64,000 bases of DNA from Balanoglossus misakiensis (GCA_040954595.2 CM082591.2:8710293-8774292); one strand, 5' to 3'. Shown: positions 25,179 to 39,110, numbered from the stretch's first letter. Notes: generated by a model from the letters alone, not told the origin. A program made the numbers and translations.

Positions 25179-27620
25179 GCGTAGTAAGAACACCAAGTTC
25201 AACTACTATTACTAATATCTAAATATAGTGTACAGTTCATGGGTCTATAAAGACTGTGACAGCGTTTTACTATTACATTTCAGGTAAAGCGGAGACCATG
25301 TCAGACTGTTTGAAGGCTTTGTTTACCATCTATTTATTCTGCCACAAAATCAAGGTATTAAAGGCTGATGGTGTAGATTTTTCTAAAGCATCTTTATGTC
25401 CTTGAATCCCATACTGGAATTGTAGAACATGCTAGAGAGGACCACTGTCATGTGCTGGAGAGAATAGCTCCCTGTGTCCGTGCTGGTACGATACCCAACA
25501 TTGATGTCAGAAAATTTGTTGAAACACTCCAGGTGTGTAAATATATGTACATTCATTTTCTTTAATAAACATTGACAAACTCATGTAATTTGAATCTTGC
25601 ACTTTGTGACAGACCTTCCCTGTGATGCAATGCATGTCAAATGCAATGACCCATTTTGTTGTTTAAGGCAATTATCATATTTCCATTCAGTGGGGTTGGC
25701 CATAAGCAGTGAATAAAACTTAAAAGGGAGAATTACTAATTTTGACATTTTCATTTGTTTCCTAATATTTTCAAAATCCTTTATGCAATGCAGCAACCGC
25801 ACTTTGAATACAGAACAAACAAATAATACACTGGAACTGCACATTTTTGTTTAACTACTCAGAAATTAAATTCTGTGTCTATTTTGTGATAGGACTTACA
25901 TACACGGGTATGAAGAAAAAGGCAGATTTGTCAAACTTGTCAGCAACTGGCACAAAGCAGCAGATGGCAGAGAGATTACTAAAGAAGAAAGGAGGAAGTT
26001 CAAAAAAGATATGTTGAACTCCATCTTGGTTGACTGGATGCCCTGGCATCATTACAATCCTGATTACAGTACTATTGATCCCCTTAGGTATGTCAAAAAG
26101 CCAGCAAGCCAGCAAGTCAATAATGACCGTCTTTTATTCTGCAAATATCCTCTCTTTTCTAAACAGGTCTGATTTTATGTGCTGGTTTCATAGTCCTCGT
26201 TACCAAACTGTTACTGGGTTGATATTTCAGAGAAGTGCTTTTGCTTGCATAAATGCTTAGTGGTTTATAACTACATGTAATTCTTTACAGACCAATCAAG
26301 GGTTTATGTGGGTTGACGAGATTATAGTTGCTTTGATTGCCAACATTGAAAGTGTAGAATGGAGACGTCGTCAAGGAGGGCTGCCAGAACATCCTAAAGC
26401 TAGTACGACAGATGATGTGGAGGGATTTATTTCTCTCATTCATTCAATGCTGGGCCCAGTCTTTTCACCGCAAGACTTTCCGTGATAATTACAAGTAAGC
26501 AATTACCTAAATTAGTGATATATGTTGACCAGTCATCAGTCACAATGCCGACCTGAACACATCATGTTACTGGCTATAATGAATATAATTACCAAAAAAC
26601 ACATTCATATGCAAATGACTGGTGCCATGACGGTTATGTCCAACTATCACAAAACTTGTCACATTACTGCTCAGGGCACTGTATACTATTATTACATTCA
26701 TTTATGACAGGGGGTCATTTTAATGCACTCTCCTATACATATTATTTTTTCCAGAAAAATATGCAATGAATTTACGAAAAGAGTGGACCCAGATTAACCA
26801 TATTACTACTGGACCGTGAGTGATACACACTTCAACTTAGGACCATTGCCTTCATTCAACCAACCCTCAGGTGAAGTGGAAAGGCTTGATAGAGTCCAGA
26901 TTCGAAGGAGATCCGATCCTGCTGTTTTTCATGCCAACAGGGCATCAGTGCCACAAAGAGGGTCGCTAACAGTGCGGGCACAATTTTTTCAGGCCCCAGA
27001 ATGTCTACCCCCAATTGTGGCTGCCTTAAATAGGTTTTCACTTTGCGCTAGGGGGTCAAATCACATTGCATTCTGGTCGAAAAGTCGACAACCCACTGTA
27101 GTAAGAGATAGAAGAAATGATATGTTTACTGTATTTCATGACTTCCTTGGGTCAAACATGTTTGTCTTTGTAGTTACCATTTTAAACCCATTACACTTTT
27201 TTAACATTTGGTTATTTTTTATGTTAACAAGTTTCAGAATGACCCATCATCACTTTAGCTTATAAACTCCTTTTCCTTAAACATGGCAAAAATCAGCCAT
27301 CTTAATAATGTTTTATTTACCCATTAATTAAAGGGTACATATGATAGGTAAAAATACAAATGGTGGGTAAATATGGAGTCAGGAAATAGCCACAGCTAGT
27401 CTAGCCTGTACTCCTACAATATAGCTTGCTTGGTTACAGAAAAAAAAAAGATAATGTTGAGGGAACACTTGAAGCGTGATTCAAGTACGATCTCACTACA
27501 ACAGTGTAAAGTTATCCATTGCAAATGGTAATGGAAAAAAGAAAGGAACAACAATCACAAACAAACAAACAAAACAGCATCATACTACATCAAGAAAATT
27601 ACAAATTCATTTGTACTGGT

Positions 27621-30557
27621 TTAAGAGGTGTTGTTTAAATGTCCTACGAAATTGGCATAAAGTATTTGAAGACTTAATTTGTGGAGGAATATCGTTCCAG
27701 ATTTTTGCTCCAGTATGTGATATCGAGAACTGGCCTGAGTTTGTTTTGGCATGGAACGGGCGTAGATAGTGATGTAACCAAATTCTGGTATTATGCTCAT
27801 GACTTGTTGGTTAAAATAATCTGAAAGTGAATGTGGAGATTTCTGGTGATATAAATAATAAATGAAGGAACCTAGTAAATAACTGTGAAGCTTGGTAATA
27901 TCCAAAATATTCAGTTGATTAAAGAGAGGAGAAGAATGGTCCATGTGTGATTTGAAAAGCATTATACGTACAATTGTTTTTTGGGCAACTTGGATACAAC
28001 GTAACTTTGTGGGGTAAGTATTGCCCCAAACCTCAAGACCATATGTAACATGGGGGAGTATGAAGGCGTTGTAATGCAAAATTCTGATATGGAGTGGTAA
28101 AATATTTCTAATCTTGTATAAAATTCCACAGTGCTTCCTAATGAGATTATTTATTTTGTTAATTTGATGTGACCATGACAGATGCTTATCCAATAAAACC
28201 CCAACAAATGGTATCACATCAACCTCTTTGATTTCTTCATTCTGGATTTGCAATGACCCAAGAACATTAAGTTTTTTCTGCCGACCCCTAAAAATAATAA
28301 AGTGAGTCTTGGCCCTATTAATTGTTAGTTTGTTGGCATTGCACCATTGCTGAACATCATTTAAATAAGAGGATATATGAGTCAAGTTAATACTATCTGC
28401 ACCTGAGAAGGAATGGAAGAGATTGGAGTCGTCAGCAAATAAACGGAAATCAAAAAATGTAGAAGAATTTGGAAGGTCATTGATATAAATAAGGAAAAGG
28501 GTTGGGCCCAAAACTGATCCCTGTGGGACTCCATTGTGGATCAAGGACTTTTCTGAAACATGACTGGTTAATGTGACATACTGTGAGCGGTCTGTGAGGT
28601 AGCTGTTAAACCAATGCTGGCAGGGGCCCCTAAACCCGTAATGTTCAAGCTTGGACAATAAAGTGGCATGGTGAATGGTATCGAAAGCTTTGCTGAAGTC
28701 AATAAACACCCCCAGTGTGGAATTCCCCTTATCAATTTCTTTTAACAAGTGGTTAACTAAGTTAATCAAAGTGTGCTTGGTGCTATGGTTCTTTCTAAAG
28801 CCATACTGGTGCTTATATAATATATTATATTTATCAAGGTAAGTAATCACTTGTTTGTTTACCACTTTTTCTATCACTTTACTGAACATTGATAAAATGG
28901 CGATGGGTCTGTAGTTCCCAGCAATGTTCTGTTCTCCTTTCTTGAAGATAGGTTTAACCTTAGCGACTTTTAAGGAATTAGGGAAGACACCGGTACAGAA
29001 AGACATATTTATGATGTGGGTCAAAGGTTGAGCAATAACATCAGCTGCATCAATTAGGAGTCTTGGAGGAATATTATCCCACCCACTGGCCTTTTTACTG
29101 TCAAGATGCACCAAAATCTCTTTTATCTCAGCAACCGTAACAGGATGGAGAAAAAAAGAGTTTGGCATAGGATCATTCATATAATTTTTAAAATCTTTTG
29201 TGGTTTTTGGAATGTGTTTTGCCAGATTTTGACCCACATGTACAAAGAAGTCATTAAAACACTTAGCCATATCAGCTGGCTTATCTACCAACCTTTCAAT
29301 CCCATTTACATTGACCTTTAACTGATCTGGTGCTTTATCTAAAGTAGTGTTTTTACCAAGCAACTCATTTACAACATTCCACACTTTACCATTGTTGTTT
29401 ACAGTGAATAAATTAGCATAATACACCCTTTTGGCTTTTCTTAAAACACTTGTAAGAATATTTCTGTAGGTTGTGTAGCGAGCAACAGCACTTGGTTCAT
29501 GTTGTGTGGTGACAACTTTAGCATATAGTTTGCGTTTGGTGCGAATTGACTTCTTAATAGCTTTGGTAATCCAGGGATTTTTGTTACACTTGGCCTTAAT
29601 AGTTTTAACCTCAAGTGGGGCATGATGGTCACACACCTGGCTGAACAAATTGCTGAAGGTGTCAAAAGCAGTGTTTACACAGCTATTGTTATGCATAACA
29701 ACGTTCCAGTTAACATTAATTAAATCAGAAATAAAACGAGCAGAGTTATAGCGCCTGAAATTCCTTGTACAAACTGACCGTACAAATGGCGTGTGGACAT
29801 TGAAGTTGTTGAAAATAGAGAAAATAGGTAAGTGATCTGAAATATCAGCAATAATTGTACCAGCATCAATGTGACAAGAGCTAATATTGGAATAAATATG
29901 ATCAATGGTCGACTTGGAAGTACTTGTAATACGAGTTGGGGAGGAGATTAACTGTTCTAGATGAAGACATTGCATCCTTGGTATAAAATCCCGAGCACTT
30001 GAATCTGGACTTGACACATCAATATTAAAGTCACCCATAAGAATACAATGTTTTTTATCCAGTTTCAAAGAACAAAGAACATTAAAAAGACTGTCTTCAA
30101 ACTCTGTGACACTAGTTCCTGGTTTGCGATATAACACACCGACAACTATGCGATTCTTTAACCCGCATATTTCAAACCATAGTGATTCAGAATGAACCAC
30201 ATTAAAGTTTAACAGTTTGTATTTAAGAGAACAATGAATATATGCCCCTACCCCGCCACCCCGACCGATGTTTCTGCTATTTAACTCAAAAGAGTAATTT
30301 GGCAAATTAAAAAAAGTTGGATTATTGATTTGCCAGGTTTCTGAAACACCAATAATGTGAAAAGGACTGGTGATACATTCATTATACAGGAGACGTACAT
30401 CGTCTATACTATTACAGAGAGATCTTGCATTAATATGAGATACTGAGAAAGAATGGCTGGATCTAGAGCTAAATTTATCATTAAATGTTGACGGTTCTAG
30501 TATATGATTTGTAACTGTGAAAATGTCATCATCTATGTCATTTACTGAGTTTGGCAT
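27621..30557 (-). CDS. LINE ORF2: APE endonuclease + reverse transcriptase (probable frameshift near C-terminus ~27790)
   Basis: HINARSL, GVSETW, GGGVGAYI, MGDFN, TIDHIY, SDHLPI; NYRPIAIL, QYGFR, DFSKAFD, GVPQGSVLGPTLFLIYINDL, LFADD. Confidence 0.95.
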   Translation of the reverse strand: MPNSVNDIDDDIFTVTNHILEPSTFNDKFSSRSSHSFSVSHINARSLCNSIDDVRLLYNECITSPFHIIGVSETWQINNPTFFNLPNYSFELNSRNIGRGGGVGAYIHCSLKYKLLNFNVVHSESLWFEICGLKNRIVVGVLYRKPGTSVTEFEDSLFNVLCSLKLDKKHCILMGDFNIDVSSPDSSARDFIPRMQCLHLEQLISSPTRITSTSKSTIDHIYSNISSCHIDAGTIIADISDHLPIFSIFNNFNVHTPFVRSVCTRNFRRYNSARFISDLINVNWNVVMHNNSCVNTAFDTFSNLFSQVCDHHAPLEVKTIKAKCNKNPWITKAIKKSIRTKRKLYAKVVTTQHEPSAVARYTTYRNILTSVLRKAKRVYYANLFTVNNNGKVWNVVNELLGKNTTLDKAPDQLKVNVNGIERLVDKPADMAKCFNDFFVHVGQNLAKHIPKTTKDFKNYMNDPMPNSFFLHPVTVAEIKEILVHLDSKKASGWDNIPPRLLIDAADVIAQPLTHIINMSFCTGVFPNSLKVAKVKPIFKKGEQNIAGNYRPIAILSMFSKVIEKVVNKQVITYLDKYNILYKHQYGFRKNHSTKHTLINLVNHLLKEIDKGNSTLGVFIDFSKAFDTIHHATLLSKLEHYGFRGPCQHWFNSYLTDRSQYVTLTSHVSEKSLIHNGVPQGSVLGPTLFLIYINDLPNSSTFFDFRLFADDSNLFHSFSGADSINLTHISSYLNDVQQWCNANKLTINRAKTHFIIFRGRQKKLNVLGSLQIQNEEIKEVDVIPFVGVLLDKHLSWSHQINKINNLIRKHCGILYKIRNILPLHIRILHYNAFILPHVTYGLEVWGNTYPTKLRCIQVAQKTIVRIMLFKSHMDHSSPLFNQLNILDITKLHSYLLGSFIYYLYHQKSPHSLSDYFNQQVMSIIPEFGYITIYARSMPKQTQASSRYHILEQKSGTIFLHKLSLQILYANFVGHLNNTS

Positions 30558-30599
30558 GAAGCAATATATGGGAAACCAAGAAAATGTCTACAAGATGGT

Positions 30600-31412
30600 T
30601 TATACAATCTTGGCAAGGTCCAGCTCATTCCTTATCACTAGTACAGGTGACTGCTCACTTTTCTTCACAAGAACTTCACCGTTCCGCGTCCACGCATACT
30701 TATAGCGTGCTGATTTGCGCTTCACGTTCGTCATCTTAAAAAGTTTGCGTGCTTTTGGAGTTAGATTTTCATTTACGTAGATTTTGTTCCGATTGGCATA
30801 TCCAATATCTCCAGTTGTAATGGTCGCTAGCTTCTTTTTGTTCCGGTGGATATAGTCGCGTTTCTTCCTGCTTAAGAATCGCACAATGATTGGTCTTGGG
30901 AAAGTAGGTGCAGCATTGTCACCTGTATGCTTTTGACCTAATCTGTGGGTAATCACAATGTCGTGGTCACTGATACCTGGATCGATCTTTTTTAGCACTG
31001 TTGTTACGATTGCATCTGTATTTTCTCCATCATCTGCACTTTCAGGAATTCCATGAAGTTCAATGTTTTCACGTCTATTGTATTGATTCATACTTTCCAT
31101 AGATTTCTCGAGCTCTGTGATGCGAGTGAAAAGCTGTGCATTCGTTTCTTTGACTTCTTTATTTTCAAGCTCCAAAGTAGAAACTCGTCCACGTACTTCC
31201 TCTACAAGTCCGTTGAAGAACTCCAGTGACGAATTTATTGTGCTTTGGCTTTCTTTGAGCTCAGCAATACTGATCAATAGTGCCGGTATGTGATTTACAT
31301 GTGAACAGATTTCAGCAAGCCGGTTTTCTATTGATTGTGGTGTGCCAGCTGGAGGTGTTGATTGGCAAGAGTCTGATGATCCAGATGGTGTTTGGTCTTT
31401 TCTTCTCGGCAT
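30600..31412 (-). CDS. LINE ORF1 (coiled coil + RRM-like)
   Basis: Heptad region, then QYNRRENIELHGIPE, HRLG, PRPIIVRF, IYVNENLT, YKYAWTRNGEVLVK. Confidence 0.9.
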   Translation of the reverse strand: MPRRKDQTPSGSSDSCQSTPPAGTPQSIENRLAEICSHVNHIPALLISIAELKESQSTINSSLEFFNGLVEEVRGRVSTLELENKEVKETNAQLFTRITELEKSMESMNQYNRRENIELHGIPESADDGENTDAIVTTVLKKIDPGISDHDIVITHRLGQKHTGDNAAPTFPRPIIVRFLSRKKRDYIHRNKKKLATITTGDIGYANRNKIYVNENLTPKARKLFKMTNVKRKSARYKYAWTRNGEVLVKKSEQSPVLVIRNELDLAKIV

Positions 31413-34400
31413 CGTGAATGAGCACAGGTGTTCGATTACACAACGTGGGTTTTAAACAAAGGAGCAGAATTCCAGTACTATTTTGCATGCATAATGAGAT
31501 CGACTGGAACTAACGGCAGGATTCTGTGTGCTGGCTTCGACTTGATAGATAAAAATCAAAACTCACTTTTGACAAAAAGTTACAGCAATCTTCCGCAAAA
31601 ATCCGTTGCCAGCTAATAGTCCACGCCTTCAAAAATCGACACATTGACCGGTGATGAAAAAAAGTTCCAACTAAGGAGTGATTTTTGGCTCTTGAAATTG
31701 TGTCGACCATGTGAGATTTCTATCACCCACCTAGGCAGCCAAAAACCTTTTTAATGTCGGGAGAATTCCATGACCTGGGTGCATGTCCTTATTTAACAGA
31801 ATCGCTCTGACCAAAGCAAAAAAATTTCAGGTCATAATTTTTTCTATTTCAGATTATAATTTTCAGATATTGGTCTCTTCAAAAACACCAGTTGATGATC
31901 AATTTATTGTGTACTGTTATTTTTGAAAGAAAAATCAACATTCAGGATCAGTTGAAATGCTTTGACAATTTCTCCCTTTTTCTATTACATCCATATCCTG
32001 TCATGTGCTGACTCGACTGTAGTATTTTAAATGTGGCAAAATACATGAATGAACTGTTAAAATAAACGGTTTTACCATATACTTTCCCCAGTTAATGGCA
32101 GCAAATATGTGTCACAATTTTAAACAGCATATTTTATAAATAAATGCCAGTACTAGTCAATGCTCTCTGGTCCATCATTGAGGCAGTAGTATCTAGCTGT
32201 CTCCTCTTGTCATGATAGTCTTTTTCCTGTCTCACTTTGATTTTCTTTTACAGTACAAAATTCCTTATAAGTTTCTGTAACCCAAACTATAGAAGACTAA
32301 TGGTTATTCTACACAGCGAACAAAGTGGCAATTTATGCTAATTATCCAAGCTACTGTTAAATGTGTACATGGTGTGTAAATGGCAAGGTCTGGTTCACTG
32401 AGCTGTAGGTAACACACATGTAATGCTAGGCACCTCAACGAGCATTAATCATATAAAGTAAACTTCACACATTTTGTATTTTGTTCAAATCATTTAATTA
32501 GGCAAAACCAAAATAATATATACATGTACATTTATAAGTTAAATTGATCCAGTATTGGACCCAAAATGGGTACAAAATATATACACATAGTCGCATAATG
32601 ATGACCCTCTTCTTGTCAAGTTGGCGGCATTGTAGGTGAGGGAAGGACACATTTTTCATGAGTAGAACAAAATGTGTTCACAAACCATTCACACAAGGTC
32701 TACTTTGTTAATGGACTGGACATTTCCTTGAATGTGCCAAAAGTAATTTGAAAATGCACCCTTTTAAAAAATTCCCAACTCCTCCAGAAGTGTTTTTGAA
32801 TTGAGTCTTAGAGCACTTTTTTATTTTTCATGAAAACAAATTCCTCCCACATGCTGTGTATTTTGGTTATAGTTATCTTCACGTAAAACCCAACTAACAT
32901 CCATGGTGTCCTAAACCTGATGTGATCAACAGATACTGAAAGTTTGCCTTCCGTTAAGGGTTTGTGAACATATTTTGTTAATTCACTTGGTATAAAGCCA
33001 ATATGTTGCCATCCATTGCCCACATCCAAGTCGACTGCAATTGCATTCTTGTATATTTTGTTTGTAAGATCTGGCCATAAGCATGCTTTAACAGGAAGCT
33101 TCTGATCATAGAGTCTAATGTAGCCACGCTCAAGAATTTCCTGTCTTCTCCTGTCATGACATACCCCTAACACCTTGAATGGCACACTGTGTTCAATATT
33201 ATTGAATGGCACACTGTGTTCAATATTATTGGGATCATCTTCATCATCAATGTTATTAATTCTTGCTATACTAGCAGTGTCACTACTAACACTGGAAATA
33301 GACATTAACTCAAGAGAATCAGCTAGTGAATTTGTGTTGTCATTTACAATAGTCCACTTCCACCACATTAAAAAGGATCTACCATTGATATTAACAAGAC
33401 AACAATCACTCTTGGAACACTTTATCAGTGATGGCATGTTAAAAAATTGAGTCTTTCATCTGATAGTTTAATTACACCATGTGACATGTCAGCAAATGGA
33501 GAAGACTGGGGTGTGATGATCTTCACAATACGTAAACTAAGTGTAATAACAGGACAGCATGGCAATGTCCAATCCAAAGCGTCTTCTAGTCCCGTTACTT
33601 TGATTTCAAGATTCACAGACTGAAAAAGAGTGTACAGAATACATGCTGTATTAAGGCTTCATTACATATAACTTTGGGCTATTTAATTGTCCCTTTCTGT
33701 TCAGTATATCAACTGTAGTTTCTTGTTCAACACTCCACAATAGAAAGAAAGACAAAATAGCTAGCAAATATGTGTGAAATTTACAAAGTCAAAAACTTCC
33801 TGTATTAATTGATCAATAGACAAAATATGGCTGACTCTATTACAAATGCATGTGAGGTATGACCATGAGGTATGACCAAGAAAACTTGCACGAGTAAGGT
33901 AACATCTAATGCAAGATGAGAGGTGGACTAGCATTCATCAAAGTGTTTACATGATTATAATGACTCATTTTTCAATGCTGAATAAAATATCCAAATTATC
34001 TGACCTTTTATCTTACCTCTGTAAATATGGACGAAGGGCTGTAGTTATTAATGACGGATAAATCATTAACTGAATTATTCCCAACAGCAAGGCCAAGAGC
34101 GGTTTCTTTACTCAACATTCTGTAGAGCATGGTGTTAAGAACAAATATTTGGCAAATGATGATACAGTGTAGGTATTAGTGAATCACATATACAAACATT
34201 TAATTCACAGATCAAAGCAATTTTTAACATTGAAGTATGTTCAAGACCACTGGTTCAATTGTGATACAGAATATAATAAGATAGTATTAATTCATAGATA
34301 TACAATTAAAGGATACCTTCCAATGTAAGGCATGTCTTTGTACGATGCACCTTCATCATAGGTGTTGAGGGGAACTATGCAGTGCGTGTCCAAATCGAAG

Positions 34401-35489
34401 ACCAAATGATGACTGAAAATGTTCACTGCCTTTTGAAAATTCTGTACATAATCCACGGGTACTTTTATTTGCATATTTAGATATAGCCCCATCCTAGGAA
34501 TAGCCTGAACAAAAGCATACATATTACCAATATGCAAATGAGTATAACATATACCTTAAAATGTTGTATTTCTTAAGAATCTCAATACAGAGATGTACAA
34601 AATTTAATATACTGATTTTAAACTGCATATACACTTGCAGGTGTCATCGGTACGACTGCTAGTGTAACATGATTAAGGATTCTGTCACATGAATTTACAA
34701 ATTTTTGTGTAACACAATACAGTATAATATCACATTTACCTGGAAAATATCCTTATCTTTAATTTGTTTAACAAATTCCACTGATCTCTTAATTCCAACT
34801 CCAGGAATTGATGGAAGATAGTCGCACCATGCTAACACACTTATATAAATAAACTTCAGGAATGACCATTTCTCCATTTCAAAGCACTCCTGAAGTTTAC
34901 TGGCATCAACCATGGGTGCTGTTCCAAACTTGCTATCTGTTTTGGTGAAAACCTGTAATCATATTTGGAAAACAATATGACTCAGAAAATACTAGTACAT
35001 CCCATACAAAACTCACATGCTTATTAACCAGTTTATAAGCCATTGTTTAGCATGCTACATGCTTATTTGTGTATGTATGTATGGGGTGCAGTTCTTAGCA
35101 GTTGCACCCCATACATGTCTATTTTCTAGAGTCTACATGCTTATATCTGAGATGATTAGACTTCAACTAGCATGTACATGTTATGGGCCAAGCAGTCTAC
35201 ATGCTAATGATGACTGGGGTGGTAAAAAAATAACCATGTATGAAGCATGTACACCATTTAGCATGTGATTCTGACAATAGCTAAAGTTCACACGCATGTA
35301 TCTAGCATTGACTGAAGTCCACAAGCAAGTAATTACGGGGCATGTACATAATTTAAGTAGTTGATTAATCCACGTGGCCTCATGACCTCTACTTCCGGGT
35401 CAAACAAAAAATAGCGTCAAGGACACTGTGGTCCCATTTGAGGATTATGCGGAAACAGTGACACACCAGAATAAAAATTACAGGTGACA

Positions 35490-36250
35490 TTGCAAGCAGA
35501 TCTGCAAGCAGCAATATCGGGCCCAAGCTAACATAGCACATAGCAACATAGCAATAAGCATATCTGCTCTGGATGCCAAGATATGGAAAAGTAGGTCAAA
35601 GGTCACCTGAGGTTATGCAAAATTTGGGCAAGAAATTTTGACCCTATACTGGTCCATGTTCAACAAAAACCAAACCTATAGCCCTATTGGTTCGCCTGGA
35701 ATTAGGTATGCACATAATTAATGAGATATACAGGTGTCACAGGTGACCCCAAATTTTGGCTTTTCAATTTTAGTCCCAACCCTCCAAACGCCAAGTCTGT
35801 ACCTGCTCTGGATGCCAAGATATGATAAAGTAGGTCAAAGGTCACCTGAGGTCATGTAAAATTTGGGCAAGAAATTTTGACCCTATACTGGTCCATGTTC
35901 AACAAAAACCAAACCTATAGCCCTATTGGTTAGCCTGGAATTAGGTATGCACATAATAAATGAGATATGCAGGTGTCACAGGTGACCAATATTTTGGCTT
36001 TTCAATTTTAGTCCTAACCCTCCAAACGCCAAGTCTGTACCTGCTCTGGATGCCGAGATATAGGAAAGTAGGTCAAAGGTCACCTGAGGTCACCCAAAAT
36101 TTTGGCAAGAAATTTTGACCCTATACTGGTCCATGTCCCACAAGAACGAAACCTCTAGCCCTATTAGTTAGCCCGGAATTAGGTATGCACATAATTAATG
36201 TGTTAAGCAGGTGTTACAGGTGAGCCCAAAATTTTGCCTTTTATTTTGGC
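35490..36250 (-). mobile_element. Helentron-type non-autonomous element with three ~239-bp tandem repeats
   Basis: Units start at 35564, 35803 and 36041. The end motif gcaagcagc...gggcccaagc is the reverse of the 39075-39105 HINE end. Confidence 0.75.
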
Positions 36251-36399
36251 CCCATTGTGCTCACTGACCAATAGACTTCACTGTACAGGACTATTGCACT
36301 GACCAGAATTCCACGATAAGACGTGGACATAGCTTAACCATAGAGGTATAAGTAAAGTTATAAATTTAATAAAAAGACTAAAAAATTCATAAAAAATAA

Positions 36400-36762
36400 A
36401 ACATCGATGATATTAACTTAACACTTACAGGTCGATGTGAGGTTGACATATGGTACATGCATACCAATTTTTAAAGCAATCTGACGAGTAGTTGTTGACT
36501 TTCAGAGTTTTGATAAATTTCACATTTTTCCAGCTAATTTGCATATTTTTGGGCCTGGCAACTTCGTTTGGACAAACTCCCATCTACAGCCCAGCCTACA
36601 CTACACACCAAATATTGAGGTGATACGCGCAGCGGTTTTCAAGTTTTTGATGTGGACGGACATACAGACATACATCCATCCATACATCCATACATACATA
36701 CAGACGCAACTGATCCCATAAGGTCCCATGGTATATATGCCTATACCAATGGGACCTAAAAA
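36400..36762 (-). mobile_element. HINE-like element with (CATA/CATC)n; related copy at 47281-47520 (+)
   Basis: aggtcccatggtata...tataccaatgggacct hairpin plus microsatellite; the reverse complement resembles 47283-47520. Confidence 0.65.
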
Positions 36763-37087
36763 TACAGTGTGCGCATGCGCAAACTCCAACCCCCATATTT
36801 AACGGTTTTCTGGTTGACAAGTTGGATTGTACGTCGCGTACATCTTGGAGTACAATGTCGCAGCCCAGTAAGCTATTGTTTATCCTCCACTTGTACATTT
36901 GGAAGGGCGAGTTTACACTTTTATCGATGCTGCAGTTTGGATGAATTGACTGTTCAAAATAGATAAATGCAGAGCATTGCTTTAGTTAGACTTTGTTGTT
37001 AGCGCAGGACGTTCATGGACATGGTCAGTGTATATAGGTCAGTGTTACCATATTGGCCAACTGTGCTAAGAGTGTGAGTGTACGATC

Positions 37088-39110
37088 ATTAGGGGACCAA
37101 GCACCCTCAGGCGCTTGGTCCCCTTCTGTTATTGCTGGAGTTTTTCTTCTTTCTTCTTGAGTCGTTTTTTTGCTCCCGTTTTTCTCTGAAATTCCGGCAC
37201 CTGCGCCTATGAAGTTTGGCACGGTGATTGGGGCCCATGAGTACTGGTGCACCTGCCCTTTGAATTTGTAATTAGTCACGTGACTTGGTGGCTATAATCG
37301 AGCGAAATTTTCAAATTGACCTAATTTGCACGTTAATGGGGGAATGTACATTCTTTTCGCGATTTTTGTAGACCATGTGGCCAAAATCCCCTGTGCCAAA
37401 TTTCAAGGTCCTAGGCCACGTCGATTTTGAGAAGAAGATTTTTGTAATATTTTTCGCATTTTTGGTGGGCTGAGGACGGACACTGGGGCATCGGACTTTG
37501 ACCGTCATTACGTAATGTTGTGGAGATCTCATTAGCAGGCTACTCACTTCTGGCGGGTTGCAGTAGTCCTTGGAAAATCGGCTGAAATACGTAAACAGAC
37601 CAGTGATTATATTCCACAGAATGAATTTTGGGATAACACATTATCGGAGTTCAGGCTGTGTTAGGGCGTTTTATTGAATTACGCTGAGTTTGTTAGCTGT
37701 TGCTGTTCAAATGTTTCTATCCAGACCCGGCTACACTGGTTAACATTCAATGTAATGCGGCAGCGGACTTTGACCCTCAGTCGCTAATGTGGCCGAAATA
37801 CGTCAGCAGACCAATGATTTTCTTGCACGAAGGGAGTATGGTACCAGCAATAATCAGAGATCAGGCTTCGTTGCCGTTCAACAGTTCCTACTTCAGTCGT
37901 GACGTTGCAACTGAACGTTCAGTATGGGGGTTGGCCCGCAGGTGGCCGTGGGGGTTATCAGGTCGCCCGTAATGGCACGCAGCTTCATGCAGCTGTATGG
38001 GACCAAAATAATACGCCCGATTCGGGGTTCACCTGTGAAACCTGCGTAACTCAATTATGTGCATGCGTAATTGTGGGGTCAATGAAAGGGATGCTAGTGT
38101 GGTATTTGTTGCAAATGGATCAATATGAAGTCCGATTTTCCTGTCAAGTTATGGGCGATCTTATGTGACATTTCACCTACTTTTGCTTAGTGAGCATCCA
38201 CAGCAGATGCATGCAGTTTTGGCGTGGGGGGGGGGGGGGGGCATATACGGATGGGACCATAAAGATATACCAAAGGCGGGGTCACCTGTTGCACCTGCCT
38301 AAGTCATTGATTTTGTACATTTAATTGGACACTAACCAACAGGGCAATATGTGTGGTTTTTGTTCCACAGGGACGAATGTAAGTGTCAGTTTGTTTTTGC
38401 CCAAATGTATAAGGTGATTTGGATGACCTCTGTCATACAGTGCCATATCTCAGCCCGTTGTACAAGTGCAGCTTTGGTATTCGGAGCGAAACTATCATGA
38501 AATGCCAAATACAGGGGGATACCTGCGACACCTGCTTGATTCATGTATTACGTGCATACCTAATGGTAGGCAAAGTGAAAGGGCTGCAAATGTAGGATTT
38601 GTTGCACATGACATAAACAGGAATGACAATTTTTTGTCAAATTTTTGGGTGACCTGCTTTCCATATGTTAGCATGCACATCATATATAGCCAGGTGTTTG
38701 GAGGGGTAGGGTAGGACCCTCTGCGTCATGAAATGCTAAATTCCTGGGGCTACCTGTAACTTACTTGCGTAACTCATTATTATGGCCATATCTAATTTGA
38801 CAAACCCAAACAGCGAGGATTTTCCGTTGTCTTGAATATGAACCACATAAGAATCCTAATTTTTGGCCCAATTTTTGGGTACCCTCAGCTGACCTTTGAA
38901 GTAACTGAAGTACTTACAACGTAGAAGTTCACCTTTGGTTGTTGTGTTTGTACTTGTAAGACATCCATTTCGGGTGGTTGCCTACTTCCTCATATCTCCA
39001 CATCCAGAGCAAATACAGCCTACGCATTTGAATGGTACAACCCTGAATGGAGTCTAATGGTTATTAACTCTATGCTTGGGCCCTTTCAACGCTGCTTGCA
39101 GCTTTATTTT
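37088..39110 (+). mobile_element. Helentron-type non-autonomous element
   Basis: 5' hairpin ggggaccaagc...gcttggtcccc, CTT-rich tract, degenerate internal repeats, 3' gcttgggccc...gctgcttgcagc end. Confidence 0.7.

Larger units (their letters stand above)
22886..27030 (+). pseudogene. Multi-exon P-element-like DDE transposase pseudogene (exons ~22886-23089, 25284-25532, 25893-26087, 26291-26493, 26755-~27030)
   Basis: Hand translation of GT-AG exons: FWSPWIAP..R..IYNTEYKK; KADGVDFSK/HLYVLE..TG...REDHCHVLERIA; VSNWHKAADGR...ILVDWMPWHHYNPDYSTID; ANIESVEWRRR..PEHPKASTTDDVEGFISL; NEFTKRVDPD*PYYYWT...LPSFNQP...RGSLTVRAQF...P..LPP. Frameshifts and stops are present. The P-like call rests on DxxH and DxxE-F-S motif order (inference). 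Confidence 0.65.
27300..31500 (-). mobile_element. Near-full-length CR1/L2(Crack)-clade LINE
   Basis: ORF1 and ORF2 in tandem, then a 3'UTR with a ctagactagc...gctatttcctg stem-loop-like motif and aataaa. Exact ends uncertain. Confidence 0.9.
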
